Below are positions 37,311 to 46,007 of a stretch of 64,000 nt of DNA, piece after piece. The stretch lies in contig JAZOQY010000041.1 in NCBI GenBank assembly GCA_045656285.1, forward strand, positions 65,307 to 129,306. Direction: 5' to 3'. The position numbers were made by a program, and so were the translations under genes. The DNA comes from Kiritimatiellia bacterium (lineage in GTDB: Bacteria; Verrucomicrobiota; Kiritimatiellia; RFP12; UBA1067). Under the pieces are notes generated by a model, which was not told the origin of the DNA, ran no database searches, and saw nothing but the letters and a program-made list of their open reading frames with translations. Positions within the stretch are counted from its first letter, which is position 1, and the number at the start of each line of letters is the position of its first letter.

Positions 37311-37778
37311 TTATCGTGAAGCTGTGGGACGCGAAAGCTGGCGATGGCATTCGTACGCCGCTATCGAAACTGCGTTGGCGAGATTGATCGAACGCGCATG
37401 TTCGCCGGGCATCGGAATTTTGAAGAGGCATTCCCTGTAGCGCTCGTAAAATTCGCGCGGCAAGCCGGAACTTTCGTTGCCGAAAACGAGCGCGTCACCC
37501 TCCTGGAACTCGCAGTCGTAAAGCGAACGCTCGCCGTGGGTCGAAAGCATCAAAAACCTTTTGGGCCTCTTCGCCGCGAGATAGTCGTCCCACGTGTCGT
37601 GAAGGCTCACATCCAAATGCGACCAGTAGTCAAGCCCTGCGCGCGCAACCGCCTTTTCGTCGAGCCGGAAGCCGAGCGGACGCACAAGATCCAGCGGAAC
37701 GCCGAGCCCGACGCACACCCGCCCGATCGCACCGGTATTGTGCGGAATCTCCGGCCTCAGTAAAACAATTGAAAACAT
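37311..37778 (-). CDS. trmL: tRNA (cytidine/uridine-2'-O)-methyltransferase TrmL (SpoU/TrmH family)
   Basis: Start at ATG 37778 (SD GAGGAGG). 'EIPHNTGAIGRVCVGLG' and 'LVFGNESSGLP'. Confidence 0.8.
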   Translation of the reverse strand: MFSIVLLRPEIPHNTGAIGRVCVGLGVPLDLVRPLGFRLDEKAVARAGLDYWSHLDVSLHDTWDDYLAAKRPKRFLMLSTHGERSLYDCEFQEGDALVFGNESSGLPREFYERYRECLFKIPMPGEHARSINLANAVSIAAYECHRQLSRPTASR

Positions 37779-37800
37779 CTCGCCTCCTCGCATTTCCTTT

Positions 37801-39210
37801 TCAGATCGACCATCCGCCGACGCCGAAGACGCGGCATACCTCGGAGACCAGAATCGACAGCACCAGAAGCGGAGCTATGAACTTTACCATCACAACATAA
37901 AAATACTTGAATCCGACATCTCCGCCATGGCGCTGACATTCGGCAAGTATGCGTTTTGGCGAAAGAACCCACCCGACAAAGTAGCATATAAGCGCGGCGA
38001 CTATGGGCATCAGAACGGAATTCATCGCAAAATCGAAGAAATCCAGGGCCGGCATCCCGAACGGCTGGAACGACTTCCACCGCCCGTATCCGAAAGCCGA
38101 CACGGAGCCGAAAAGAATCGCCCAGAGCGTAATCGCGAAAGTTGACGTCTTGCGCTTGATCCTGAAGAAATCGCATATCGCGGCGACGCACGCCTCCGTC
38201 ATCGAAATGGAGCTTGTAAGCGCGGCGAAAAGAACGAGAACGAAGAACAAAAGCCCGATGTAGGGACCGACCGCGCCCAGCGACGAAAACACCTTGGGGA
38301 GAGTCTCGAACATCAGACCGGGGCCGGCTTCGATCGCGACATTGCCGCCTTGACCCGACGACGCGGCGAAGATGACGACGACCGGAATGATGATAAAGCC
38401 CGAAAGCACGGCGACGAACGTGTCGGCGGCGACAATGCGGACCGACGCGCCGGGAATCGAATTGCGGCGCTTCATGTAGCTGCCGTAGGTTATCATGATG
38501 CCCATCGCGAGCGAAAGCGAATAGAACATCTGGCCCATCGCGCCCAGGATCACCTTCCCGAAGTTGTCGCAGTTCGAAAAGTCGGGAACGAGATAATACC
38601 TGATGCCCGCGCCCGCGCCGGGAAGAGTGGCGATATACACAGCCAATCCTGCAGCCATCAGAAAGAGGATCGGCATCATTATGAGATTGGATTTCTCGAT
38701 GCCGTTTTTGACGCCGAGAAGAATCACCGCCGTCACGACGAGCGTAAAGATCACCATGCAGACAAACGGATCCCACGGCGCGGAAATGAATGACGAAAAG
38801 AACTCCTCGGGGTTCGCGAGCGTGTCGGGCGAGACGAACGCACATTTGACGTACGCGGCAAAATACTTTACGACCCAGCCGCCGATGACATTGTAGTACG
38901 GAAGAATCACAAGCGGAACAATCGTGGCGAGAACTCCGAGAAAGCCCCACTTCCTGTGCCCGAGCCTGCCGAACACCGTCAACTGGCTCTGGCGTGAATA
39001 TCTGCCGAGCGCGATTTCGGTTATGAGAAGCGTAAAGCCGAGCGTAAGCGAAAGAATAAGATATGCTGCAATAAAGACTCCGCCGCCGTACTTCGCCGCA
39101 AGATACGGAAAACGCCAGAGGTTGCCCAGGCCGATCGCCGAAGCCGCCGCCGCGAGAACAAACGCCATTTGACCCGACCAGGAAGCTCGATTTGTCTTTT
39201 TGTCACTCAC
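37801..39210 (-). CDS. Sodium-dependent transporter, SNF (neurotransmitter:sodium symporter) family
   Basis: 'AIGLGNLWRFPYLAAKYGGG'. GTG start. Confidence 0.85.
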   Translation of the reverse strand: MSDKKTNRASWSGQMAFVLAAAASAIGLGNLWRFPYLAAKYGGGVFIAAYLILSLTLGFTLLITEIALGRYSRQSQLTVFGRLGHRKWGFLGVLATIVPLVILPYYNVIGGWVVKYFAAYVKCAFVSPDTLANPEEFFSSFISAPWDPFVCMVIFTLVVTAVILLGVKNGIEKSNLIMMPILFLMAAGLAVYIATLPGAGAGIRYYLVPDFSNCDNFGKVILGAMGQMFYSLSLAMGIMITYGSYMKRRNSIPGASVRIVAADTFVAVLSGFIIIPVVVIFAASSGQGGNVAIEAGPGLMFETLPKVFSSLGAVGPYIGLLFFVLVLFAALTSSISMTEACVAAICDFFRIKRKTSTFAITLWAILFGSVSAFGYGRWKSFQPFGMPALDFFDFAMNSVLMPIVAALICYFVGWVLSPKRILAECQRHGGDVGFKYFYVVMVKFIAPLLVLSILVSEVCRVFGVGGWSI

Positions 39211-39248
39211 GCCTTACGACACCTTAATGGCCCTGTCTCCAGTGCAGT

Positions 39249-40640
39249 TCAAATTTTATAGTATTCTTCCCAGCCTTTGCGCGGCACGGGGCCGGCGAGG
39301 AGCCTGTTCACCTCTTCATCTCCGACGGCCTCGCCCTTGGCGGGGTCGAACCTGAAGCCGCGATTGAGCCGCTGGGCGGCCACGCCGAGACAGAATATCT
39401 GCGACAGGGGAGCGGAGACGCTGAATGGGCTTTTCGCCTCCTCTTCGCCCTTTGCGGCCAGAAGGAAGTTTCTGTAATGGTCGTTGCGGGCCTTTTCGTA
39501 TTCCGGAAGCTCGCCCGAAAAGCCGACGCGCTTCAATGTGGACGAATGGGAAAGCCCCTGCCAGATCGTGCCGTCGGCCTGGTAGATCTCCTTGCCGGGC
39601 TTGAGCTTCGGATCGACAAGCCCGTCGTTCGCCGTGCTCGCAGGGAAAAGCCCCTTGTTGCTGTCGAAACGGAATCCCTTGGGCGGCTTGGGCTGATTGT
39701 CGAGACCTTCCCACCATTCGAGCGTTACGTCGCCATGGCCGCCCTTCTTCGGAAACTTCATCGTAAGCGTATCCTGAATCGGGAAGACGTAGGGATTCCA
39801 GCCCGTACAGTTGGAAATCGCGACCTCGGTCGGCAGATCTCCCTCAAGCGTAAAGCGGTGGACAGTATCGAGAATATGCGCGCCCCAGTCGCCCATGCAC
39901 CCCATGCCGTAATCGTACCAGCAGCGCCACTCTCCGTAGGCGAGATCCTTCGAGAAATCGTGGTACGGAGCCGACGAAACCCACGAATCCCAATCAAGCG
40001 TCACGGGGAGCGCTTCGGCCTTGGGATACGAGGCCGTCCTTCCGCCCCACTTGTGCCAGCGCCTCTGCATGTTCATGTGGGAGACGACCTTGACGACATC
40101 CTTGATGACGCCCTTCCCGCAATAATCGCGGTACTGGTAGAAATTGTCTCCGCTATGGCCCTGGTTGCCCATCTGGGTGACGACGCCGTACTTCTTCTCG
40201 GCCTCCATCAGAAGACGGCACTCAAGGAACGAATGGGCGAGAGGCTTTTCGACGAAGACGGCCTTGCCAAGCTTAATCGCGTGCATCGCCGCGCAAAAAT
40301 GCGAATGGTCGGGAATGCCGATCATGACGGCGTCGATCCTGTCGGCCATCTTGTCGAACATCTTCCTGAAATCCTGAAAGCGCGGAAGGTCGGGATAAGC
40401 CTTCAGGGCTTCGAGAGTATGCTTGGCCCCGATATCGGTATCGCACAAGGCGACGATCTCGCAGATGTCGGAGTTCGCCGCGAACTTCTTGAGATCGTAC
40501 CAGGCCTGCGCGCCGCAGCCTATCGCCGCAAGACGCACCTTCGAGTTGAGAACATACTTCCTGGACGAAAAATTGCACGCAGGAATGAACGGAAACGCTC
40601 CCGCCGCCAATGCCGCCTTCAGAAAAGACCGTCTATCCAT
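39249..40640 (-). CDS. Gfo/Idh/MocA-family NAD-dependent oxidoreductase with a Tat-type signal (GH109-like architecture)
   Basis: 'MDRRSFLKAALAAGAFPF' is a twin-arginine signal. Rossmann region 'VRLAAIGCGAQA' and 'VFVEKPLA' are present. Confidence 0.8.
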   Translation of the reverse strand: MDRRSFLKAALAAGAFPFIPACNFSSRKYVLNSKVRLAAIGCGAQAWYDLKKFAANSDICEIVALCDTDIGAKHTLEALKAYPDLPRFQDFRKMFDKMADRIDAVMIGIPDHSHFCAAMHAIKLGKAVFVEKPLAHSFLECRLLMEAEKKYGVVTQMGNQGHSGDNFYQYRDYCGKGVIKDVVKVVSHMNMQRRWHKWGGRTASYPKAEALPVTLDWDSWVSSAPYHDFSKDLAYGEWRCWYDYGMGCMGDWGAHILDTVHRFTLEGDLPTEVAISNCTGWNPYVFPIQDTLTMKFPKKGGHGDVTLEWWEGLDNQPKPPKGFRFDSNKGLFPASTANDGLVDPKLKPGKEIYQADGTIWQGLSHSSTLKRVGFSGELPEYEKARNDHYRNFLLAAKGEEEAKSPFSVSAPLSQIFCLGVAAQRLNRGFRFDPAKGEAVGDEEVNRLLAGPVPRKGWEEYYKI

Positions 40641-40668
40641 TTCCGCCGCTCCGCGTTTTAAGGTTTAT

Positions 40669-41436
40669 TCAGCGAACGGAAAATCCGCGCTCCTTGAGAT
40701 ACGCCTTGAGCTCGGGAATGCCGATGATTCCGAAGTGGAAAACGCTCGCCGCCAAAAGAACCGTCGCGCCCGCCTCTGCGGCTTCTGCGAAGTGCTCCAT
40801 CGTTCCCGCGCCGCCCGATGCGACAATGTCGGCGTCGGTGACGGCGCGAATGCCGCGAATGAGCGGAAGATCATAGCCCGTGCGCGCGCCGTCGGTCGAC
40901 TTCGAAGTCGGAAGAATCGTCTTTACGCCGTAGCCCGCGACCTTCTTCGTCCACTCGATCGCGTCGGCGCCGGTGGCGGTGCGCCCGCCGTCGATGTAAA
41001 CCTCATAGCCGGACGGCATGTCGGCATTCCGGGCGACATCGATAGCGACAGTCACCTTGTCGGCGCCGAACTCCTTGACGAGCTCTCCGATCATGTCGGG
41101 CGAGCGGAACACCGCCGAAGAAGTCGAAATCTTGTTCGCGCCGGCGCCGAGAACCTCCGCCGCCGCCTTGACCGAAGAGATTCCGCCACCCATCGTAAAG
41201 GGGATCGTGGCGACGTCGGCGACCTTGCGAACCGTCTCAAGCATCGTCGCACGACCCTCGACCGTGGCGTTGATGTCGAGCATCGCGATTTCATCTGCAC
41301 CTGCGGCGCAATACGCCTTGCAGCACTCGACAGGATCGCCGGCATCCTTGATGTCGACAAAATTGACGCCCTTCACAACACGTCCGGCAATCATATCCAT
41401 GCACGGCATGATCACCAATGATTTGTCTGTTTTCAT
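40669..41436 (-). CDS. hisF: Imidazole glycerol phosphate synthase cyclase subunit
   Basis: 'MPCMDMIAGRVVKGVNFVDIKDAGDP', 255 aa. SD AGGAGA. Confidence 0.9.
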   Translation of the reverse strand: MKTDKSLVIMPCMDMIAGRVVKGVNFVDIKDAGDPVECCKAYCAAGADEIAMLDINATVEGRATMLETVRKVADVATIPFTMGGGISSVKAAAEVLGAGANKISTSSAVFRSPDMIGELVKEFGADKVTVAIDVARNADMPSGYEVYIDGGRTATGADAIEWTKKVAGYGVKTILPTSKSTDGARTGYDLPLIRGIRAVTDADIVASGGAGTMEHFAEAAEAGATVLLAASVFHFGIIGIPELKAYLKERGFSVR

Positions 41437-41504
41437 ACAGTCTCCTGAACAAATTGTAAATTGATCTGCGATCTACGCTGCTCGACAGCATCGACCGTTT
41501 GAAA

Positions 41505-41513
41505 CATTATATC
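41505..41513 (-). promoter_or_regulatory. hisF promoter, extended -10 TGATATAAT (~60-nt leader)
   Basis: Minus strand reads GAGATTTGATATAATGTTTC. Confidence 0.45.
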
Positions 41514-41563
41514 AAATCTCGTTTTTGGGCGGTAAAAAATTTTGACAATATTTGAACTTGGAA

Positions 41564-41591
41564 TTGAGACGGCGTCAATTTATGGTATAAT
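41564..41591 (+). promoter_or_regulatory. Promoter of the V-ATPase B gene: TTGAGA-16-(TGG)TATAAT
   Basis: -35 at 41564..41569 and -10 at 41586..41591. The leader is ~33 nt with SD AAAGG. Confidence 0.55.
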
Positions 41592-41630
41592 AACCGAAAT
41601 CGCTGTGCATAAATTCGAAAAAGGTTTATT

Positions 41631-42932
41631 ATGTTCAACAACAAGATTTACCACAAGATCGACGCTCTTTCCGGCTCCATCGCCACACTTCGCGCTGAAG
41701 GCGTAAAGTACAATGAAATCGCAGAAATCGAATCGCGCGCGGGCACTTCGCTCGCCCAGGTAATCAAACTCGACGGACCTAATGTAACGCTCCAGATTTT
41801 TGCAGGCGCAAGAGGTGTCGACACTGCCGCCAAAGTGCGGTTTCTCGGCGAAACGATGAAGGTCCCCTTCTCCGACGCCCTTCTCGGCCGCGCATTCACC
41901 GGCAGCGGCGTGCCGCGAGACGGCGGCCCCGAGATCACGGACGATCCCTCACCCATCGGGCAGCCCTCGGTCAATCCCGCCAAGCGCGTCATGCCCCACG
42001 AGATGGTGCGCACCAACATTCCGATGATCGACCTTTTCAACTCGCTCGTGAAATCCCAGAAGCTTCCGATCTTCGCGAAGGCGGGCGAACCGTACAACGA
42101 CCTTCTCGCGCGAATCGCCCTTCAGGCCGACTCCGACGTGATCGTAATCGGCGGCATGGGCCTCAAATACGACGAATACCTCAAGTTCCGCGACACGCTC
42201 GACAAGTCCGGCGCTCTCGCCAAGACCGTTATGTTCGTCCACACCGCCGCCGATCCGACGGTCGAGTGCATGCTCGTTCCCGACGTGTCGCTCGCAGTGG
42301 CGGAGAAGTTTGCGCTTAAGGGCAAGGACGTCCTCGTTCTTCTTACCGACATGACGTCCTTCGCCGACGCGATGAAGGAGATCGCCATCACGATGGAGCA
42401 GATCCCCTCGAACCGAGGCTATCCCGGCGACCTCTATTCGCAGCTCGCATCGCGATACGAAAAGGCTGTCGACTTCGACGGCGCGGGCTCGATCACCGTT
42501 CTCGCCGTGACGACGATGCCCGGAGACGACGTAACCCACCCCGTTCCCGACAACACGGGCTACATCACCGAAGGCCAGTTCTATCTCCGGAACGGGCGCA
42601 TCGAACCTTTCGGCTCGCTTTCGCGCCTCAAGCAGCAGGTCAACAAATCGACTCGCGAAGACCACCGCACCATCATGGACGCGATGATCAAGCTCTACGC
42701 CCAGTACAAGGAAACGCTCGAAAAGCAGTCGATGGGCTTCAGAATGTCTTCGTGGGACAAGAAACTCCTGAAGTACGGTGCCGACTTCGAAAAAGGAATG
42801 ATGGATCTTTCTGTGAACATTCCGCTCGAGGAAGCGCTTGATCTGGGATGGAAAATTCTCGCCGACAATTTTGACAGAGGCGAAGTCGGCATTCCGACAA
42901 AACTTTCCGACAAATTCTGGCCAAAAAAATAA
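41631..42932 (+). CDS. atpB: V-type (A/V) ATP synthase subunit B (non-catalytic)
   Basis: 433 aa. Degenerate P-loop region '[23 protein letters not shown]', plus '[18 protein letters not shown]' and '[24 protein letters not shown]'. Confidence 0.85.
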   Translation: MFNNKIYHKIDALSGSIATLRAEGVKYNEIAEIESRAGTSLAQVIKLDGPNVTLQIFAGARGVDTAAKVRFLGETMKVPFSDALLGRAFTGSGVPRDGGPEITDDPSPIGQPSVNPAKRVMPHEMVRTNIPMIDLFNSLVKSQKLPIFAKAGEPYNDLLARIALQADSDVIVIGGMGLKYDEYLKFRDTLDKSGALAKTVMFVHTAADPTVECMLVPDVSLAVAEKFALKGKDVLVLLTDMTSFADAMKEIAITMEQIPSNRGYPGDLYSQLASRYEKAVDFDGAGSITVLAVTTMPGDDVTHPVPDNTGYITEGQFYLRNGRIEPFGSLSRLKQQVNKSTREDHRTIMDAMIKLYAQYKETLEKQSMGFRMSSWDKKLLKYGADFEKGMMDLSVNIPLEEALDLGWKILADNFDRGEVGIPTKLSDKFWPKK

Positions 42933-42952
42933 CACAAAAGAGCACAGTTTTT

Positions 42953-42961
42953 TGGTATAAT
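42953..42961 (+). promoter_or_regulatory. Extended -10 TGGTATAAT, 7 nt from the ftsH ATG (predicted leaderless)
   Basis: TTTTTTGGTATAATTTCCTATATG inside the 36-bp gap after atpB, with no SD. Confidence 0.55.
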
Positions 42962-42968
42962 TTCCTAT

Positions 42969-44996
42969 ATGGAACACAGTACCGAAAAACCGACAAAACC
43001 AGAGAACAAAAGCCCCTTGAGAGCGTGGATCATAATTGCGCTCATAGGTGTCGTGGTATATTCTTTCTACAAGATGCACGACAAAGGGGAGAGCCCCAGT
43101 TCAATTACGCAGGCCGAATTCTTAAGCGCGCTTGAAGAAGGGAAAATCGCCGAAGATTCCATCGTACGCGTCGTCAATCGGGACGAAGGCATTACATACA
43201 TCACCGGCAAAATGAAGGCGGGGAAGTCTTCTGACGGCGCAAAGGGCAAATCTTCCGACGGCGAATCCGAAAACGCCGATGCCAAGCCGAATAAAGACAC
43301 ATTCCGTGTCGATCTTGTCTTCGGCGAAAACGAAGAGCTGATGAACTCCCTCGCGAAAGCCAGGATAAACGTCAAGGTAAAGAACGAGTCCAGCGCTTTT
43401 TCTCCATTCCTGGTAAACACCCTCTTCTTTATCGGAATGCTGTTCCTGTTCTATTGGTTCATGGGGCGCAAAATGGGCGGCTCAGGCGGCCCGTTCGGAA
43501 TGGGCAAGTCTCGCGCGAAAGTGCTCAACGGCAAGGAAGACACGCGAAAAACCACTTTCAGCGACGTCGCCGGCGTTGACGAGGCGAAAGAAGAAGTTCA
43601 GGAAATCGTAGAATTCCTCAAAGAACCGTCCCAGTTCAAAAAGCTAGGCGGCCGCATCCCCAAGGGCATTCTGCTCGTCGGACCTCCCGGAACGGGCAAG
43701 ACGCTTCTGGCCAGGGCGATCGCCGGCGAAGCCCAGGTGCCTTTCTTCGCGATCTCGGGCAGCGATTTCGAGGAGATGTTTGTCGGCGTAGGCGCCTCGC
43801 GCATGCGCGACATGTTCGCTGAAGCCAAAAAGCGTTCGCCCTGCATCGTCTTCATCGACGAAATCGACTCCATCGGCCAGAAGCGCGGCGCCGCCGGCGC
43901 GCTTACGGGCAGTCATTCGTACGAACAGACGCTAAACACGATGCTCGTCGAAATGGACGGCTTCGACTCGAACGAAGGCATAATCGTAATCGCCGCCACG
44001 AACCGCCCCGACACTCTCGATTCGGCGCTTATGCGTCCCGGGCGCTTCGATCGCCAGGTCCTCATCGACCTTCCGACCTTGAAAGGCCGCGAAGACATTC
44101 TTAAGCTCCACGGCGAAAAAATCAAATTCGCGCCCGACGCCGACTTGAAGCGCGTCGCCCGCGGCACACCCGGGTTCTCCGGCGCGGATCTTGCCAATCT
44201 CCTCAACGAGGCTGCGCTTCTCGCCGTGCGGAAGAAACTCGACGGCGTAGACATGAAGACGCTTGACGAGGCCCGCGACAAAATCCTTTGGGGCCGCGAG
44301 CGCAAGTCTGCGGGATACTCCAAGAAGGACCGCGAAATAACAGCGTGGCACGAATCCGGGCATGCCGTGCTCCAGTTGCTGCTGGAGCACACGGATCCGC
44401 TCCATAAAGTCACGATCATTCCGCGTGGACGCGCGCTCGGAGCGACGATGTCTCTTCCCGAGAAAGACATCCTCAACAGAACCAGGTCGCACTTCATCGA
44501 CGAACTTTCCGTCTTCTGCGGCGGACGCATCGCAGAAAAGATGTTTACAGACGAGATTTCAACCGGTGCCGCCCAAGACATCGCCATGGCGACCGACACC
44601 GCCAGAAAGATGGTCTGCAGCTACGGCATGAGCGAAAAATTCGGATTTCAGGCCTTCAGAGAGCCAAACGCGTTTTCGGCAGCGGAGCTTCCTCCCGCCT
44701 TCAGCGAAGAGACTTCCCGTGAAATCGACGCCGAAGTCGCGAAGCTCATAAACTCCGCCTACGCGAAAGCCGAGAAGCTGCTTGCCGAAAACCGCGACAA
44801 GGTCGAAAAGCTTGCTACCGCCCTTCTCGAAAACGAGACAATGGACGGCAGAGACGTTGAAGAGCTGCTTGGCATACGCAAGACACGCGACAGTGAAGAA
44901 GAATCTGAAACGGCCGAGCCCGCGCCTAAAGAACCGGCGACGCCATCCGATGAAGAAGCGTCCAAAACAGAAACAATCCAAAAGAATCCTCTGTAA
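42969..44996 (+). CDS. ftsH: ATP-dependent zinc metalloprotease FtsH
   Basis: '[18 protein letters not shown]', 'IVFIDEIDS' and the zinc site 'HESGHAV'. Confidence 0.95.
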   Translation: MEHSTEKPTKPENKSPLRAWIIIALIGVVVYSFYKMHDKGESPSSITQAEFLSALEEGKIAEDSIVRVVNRDEGITYITGKMKAGKSSDGAKGKSSDGESENADAKPNKDTFRVDLVFGENEELMNSLAKARINVKVKNESSAFSPFLVNTLFFIGMLFLFYWFMGRKMGGSGGPFGMGKSRAKVLNGKEDTRKTTFSDVAGVDEAKEEVQEIVEFLKEPSQFKKLGGRIPKGILLVGPPGTGKTLLARAIAGEAQVPFFAISGSDFEEMFVGVGASRMRDMFAEAKKRSPCIVFIDEIDSIGQKRGAAGALTGSHSYEQTLNTMLVEMDGFDSNEGIIVIAATNRPDTLDSALMRPGRFDRQVLIDLPTLKGREDILKLHGEKIKFAPDADLKRVARGTPGFSGADLANLLNEAALLAVRKKLDGVDMKTLDEARDKILWGRERKSAGYSKKDREITAWHESGHAVLQLLLEHTDPLHKVTIIPRGRALGATMSLPEKDILNRTRSHFIDELSVFCGGRIAEKMFTDEISTGAAQDIAMATDTARKMVCSYGMSEKFGFQAFREPNAFSAAELPPAFSEETSREIDAEVAKLINSAYAKAEKLLAENRDKVEKLATALLENETMDGRDVEELLGIRKTRDSEEESETAEPAPKEPATPSDEEASKTETIQKNPL

Positions 44997-45829
44997 TGGA
45001 AAACATATCGCCGATAGTCGAAATTGGAATTCTCTATCTAATAATCTACTCGATACTCAAACGCGCGAAGGGATCTCGCTTCGGACAGGCGTTGATGGGT
45101 GTCGGAATACTGGTTACGGTATTGGGTCTGTTCACGCACCTGTTCCATTTTCATGTATTGTCGCTGCTGATCAAATACCTCCTGATCTACTTCGCGATTT
45201 CCTCGGTCGTGATTTTCCAGCCTGAAATCCGACACTTCCTTGTCACCATCGGAGCTTTCGGGAATTTCGAGAAAAAGCACAAATCCAACAAGAGAGACGT
45301 GCTGACACCCGAACTTTACATAGAAATAATCCGAGATCTTTCGTCCAAAAAGATGGGTGCCCTTTTCGCGTTCGAGCGAGGCATCTCGCTGAGAGGCTAC
45401 GAGGAATCCGGGACGAGGCTGGATGCCGTCATATCAAAAGAGCTGATAACGGCCATCTTCACGCCGCCGCTTCCGCTGCATGACGGCGGAACCGTCATCC
45501 GCAACGGACGCCTGTCGAGCGCACACTGTCTTTTTCCCGTATCGAACAACCCTGTTCTCGTCAGCAACGGAATGCGGCACCGGGCGGCTGTCGGCATTTC
45601 AGAAGAGACCGACGCGATCGTTGTGATCGTTTCCGAGGAAACCGGCAATTTTTCGGTCGCGCACAACGGCAAGATAATAACATATCCGGCCGGCTCAAAT
45701 CCCGCAACGATTACACGTTGGATAAAAAAAGCCCTGCCCTCCGAATCTTCCCAGCTGAACTTTCTCCCAAAACAAATAACTTCTCTGAAAAAACTTTTCG
45801 GAAACTTCTTGAAAGAGGGTGAAGCATGA
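44996..45829 (+). CDS. cdaA: Diadenylate cyclase (membrane-anchored, CdaA type)
   Basis: Three N-terminal TM helices and a DAC domain with 'LHDGGTVI' and 'GMRHRAAVGISEETDAIVVIVSEETG'. TAATG overlap with ftsH. Confidence 0.9.
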   Translation: MENISPIVEIGILYLIIYSILKRAKGSRFGQALMGVGILVTVLGLFTHLFHFHVLSLLIKYLLIYFAISSVVIFQPEIRHFLVTIGAFGNFEKKHKSNKRDVLTPELYIEIIRDLSSKKMGALFAFERGISLRGYEESGTRLDAVISKELITAIFTPPLPLHDGGTVIRNGRLSSAHCLFPVSNNPVLVSNGMRHRAAVGISEETDAIVVIVSEETGNFSVAHNGKIITYPAGSNPATITRWIKKALPSESSQLNFLPKQITSLKKLFGNFLKEGEA

Positions 45830-45972
45830 AAATCAAAAAGGCAAGCATAGCATCCTTGTGGGAATCGACAAAACTCCTTTTCACGCGAAATCTCTGGCTC
45901 AAGATACTTTCATTCATCTTGGCGATAGCCACGTATGAAGCCTTATCCAACGCCAAACTGACAGAATACTGA
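45826..45972 (+). CDS. 48-codon ORF resembling only the N-terminal membrane anchor of CdaR/YbbR (truncated regulator or remnant)
   Basis: Below the ORF-track size cutoff. ATGA overlap with the cdaA stop. Product is MKIKKASIASLWESTKLLFTRNLWLKILSFILAIATYEALSNAKLTEY. 'NLWLKILSFILAIATYEAL' parallels the N-terminal consensus N-x-W-x-x-K-I-x(4)-A-x(3)-Y-x-A of B. subtilis CdaR. Confidence 0.4.
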   Translation: MKIKKASIASLWESTKLLFTRNLWLKILSFILAIATYEALSNAKLTEY

Positions 45973-46007
45973 TAAAACAGCAAAAGAAAAACGTCGAAAC
46001 TGTTTCA

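Noticed and set aside
37757-38950. 397-aa ORF on the same strand as the SNF transporter but in another frame
   Set aside because: The product is Arg/Cys/His-rich nonsense. The SNF frame has the family signature GLGNLWRFPY.
41949-43079. 376-aa ORF antisense to atpB and the ftsH 5' end
   Set aside because: It crosses an intergenic promoter region and two real genes on the other strand, and it has no motifs.
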